Shown here one piece after another: positions 63,785 through 64,000 of a DNA stretch of 64,000 nt. A model generated the notes under the pieces. That model had not been told where the DNA came from. It searched no databases and saw only the letters and a program-made list of their open reading frames with translations. Numbering within the stretch: the stretch's first letter is position 1; each line of letters starts with the position of its first letter. This DNA is from an uncultured Bdellovibrionales bacterium (GTDB lineage Bacteria > Patescibacteriota > Minisyncoccia > Moranbacterales > UBA1568), in contig CAZQLN010000004.1 in assembly GCA_964594215.1 (NCBI GenBank), positions 862 to 64,861 on the forward strand. The letters are read 5' to 3'. A program made the position numbers and the translations under genes.

Positions 63785-63868
63785 ACCCCGTTAGAAATAC
63801 TCCCTATATCAGAGGTCTCGGCGAGGTTTATGAGTTTACGTTATATAATCAATAATTTCTAACGGGGT
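63785..63868. repeat. 14-bp perfect inverted repeat (ACCCCGTTAGAAAT / ATTTCTAACGGGGT) with a 56-nt spacer
   Basis: Seen directly in the dus upstream region. Function unknown. Confidence 0.3.
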
Positions 63869-64000
63869 GAAACTGTCTCGAAAAACCTACTACGGCTTAA
63901 GAGCCTGCCTAGCCTTAGCGCAAGCTCACGAAACTCTCTCCATCCAAGCCTTAAGCGATCGGGAGGGAATTCCCTTTGGCTATCTAGAGAAAATTTTTCA

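Noticed and set aside
63700-64000. Possible tRNA or ncRNA near the window end
   Set aside because: No cloverleaf could be built and only an inverted repeat is evident. It is reported as a repeat, not an RNA gene.

Overview
This is a gene-dense, low-GC (about 43-45%) bacterial chromosomal window, read from the sequence alone. Most genes are housekeeping and lie on the minus strand.

Recognisable genes include:
- a complete F1Fo ATP synthase operon (atpB-atpE-[four-helix-bundle gene]-atpF-atpH-atpA-atpG-atpD-atpC);
- six aminoacyl-tRNA synthetases (leuS, metG, glyQS, ileS, argS, plus a T-box-like leader on ileS);
- parA/parB, folD, uppP, glmS, tgt, recO, rsmI, mnmA, mutY, lgt, dus and pyrD/pyrC;
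- an smpB-ssrA(tmRNA)-infC-rpmI-rplT block and a tRNA-Leu(CAA).

The first 5.2 kb is the 5' part of a giant minus-strand gene (more than 1,730 codons) that runs off the window edge. It encodes a signal-peptide-bearing surface protein built from 200-250 aa repeats, and two repeat copies are nearly identical. It is absent from the ORF track because it has no in-window stop codon.

Other notable items:
- a NUDIX-like domain inserted inside LeuRS;
- a compositionally foreign (high-GC) 0.9 kb island between metG and rsmI carrying two tandem cassettes of consensus sigma70 promoter, conserved leader, small Cys-rich ORF and terminator;
- a T-box-like leader in front of ileS;
- a 403-nt tmRNA right after smpB;
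- an intervening-sequence-type four-helix-bundle gene inside the atp operon;
- a tandem pair of Cys-rich putative cell-wall hydrolase paralogs next to a membrane-anchored CPHC thioredoxin-like protein and lgt.

The compact gene set, giant surface protein and DUF11-like surface protein are compatible with a small-genome, possibly CPR/Patescibacteria-like bacterium. That assignment is inference only.
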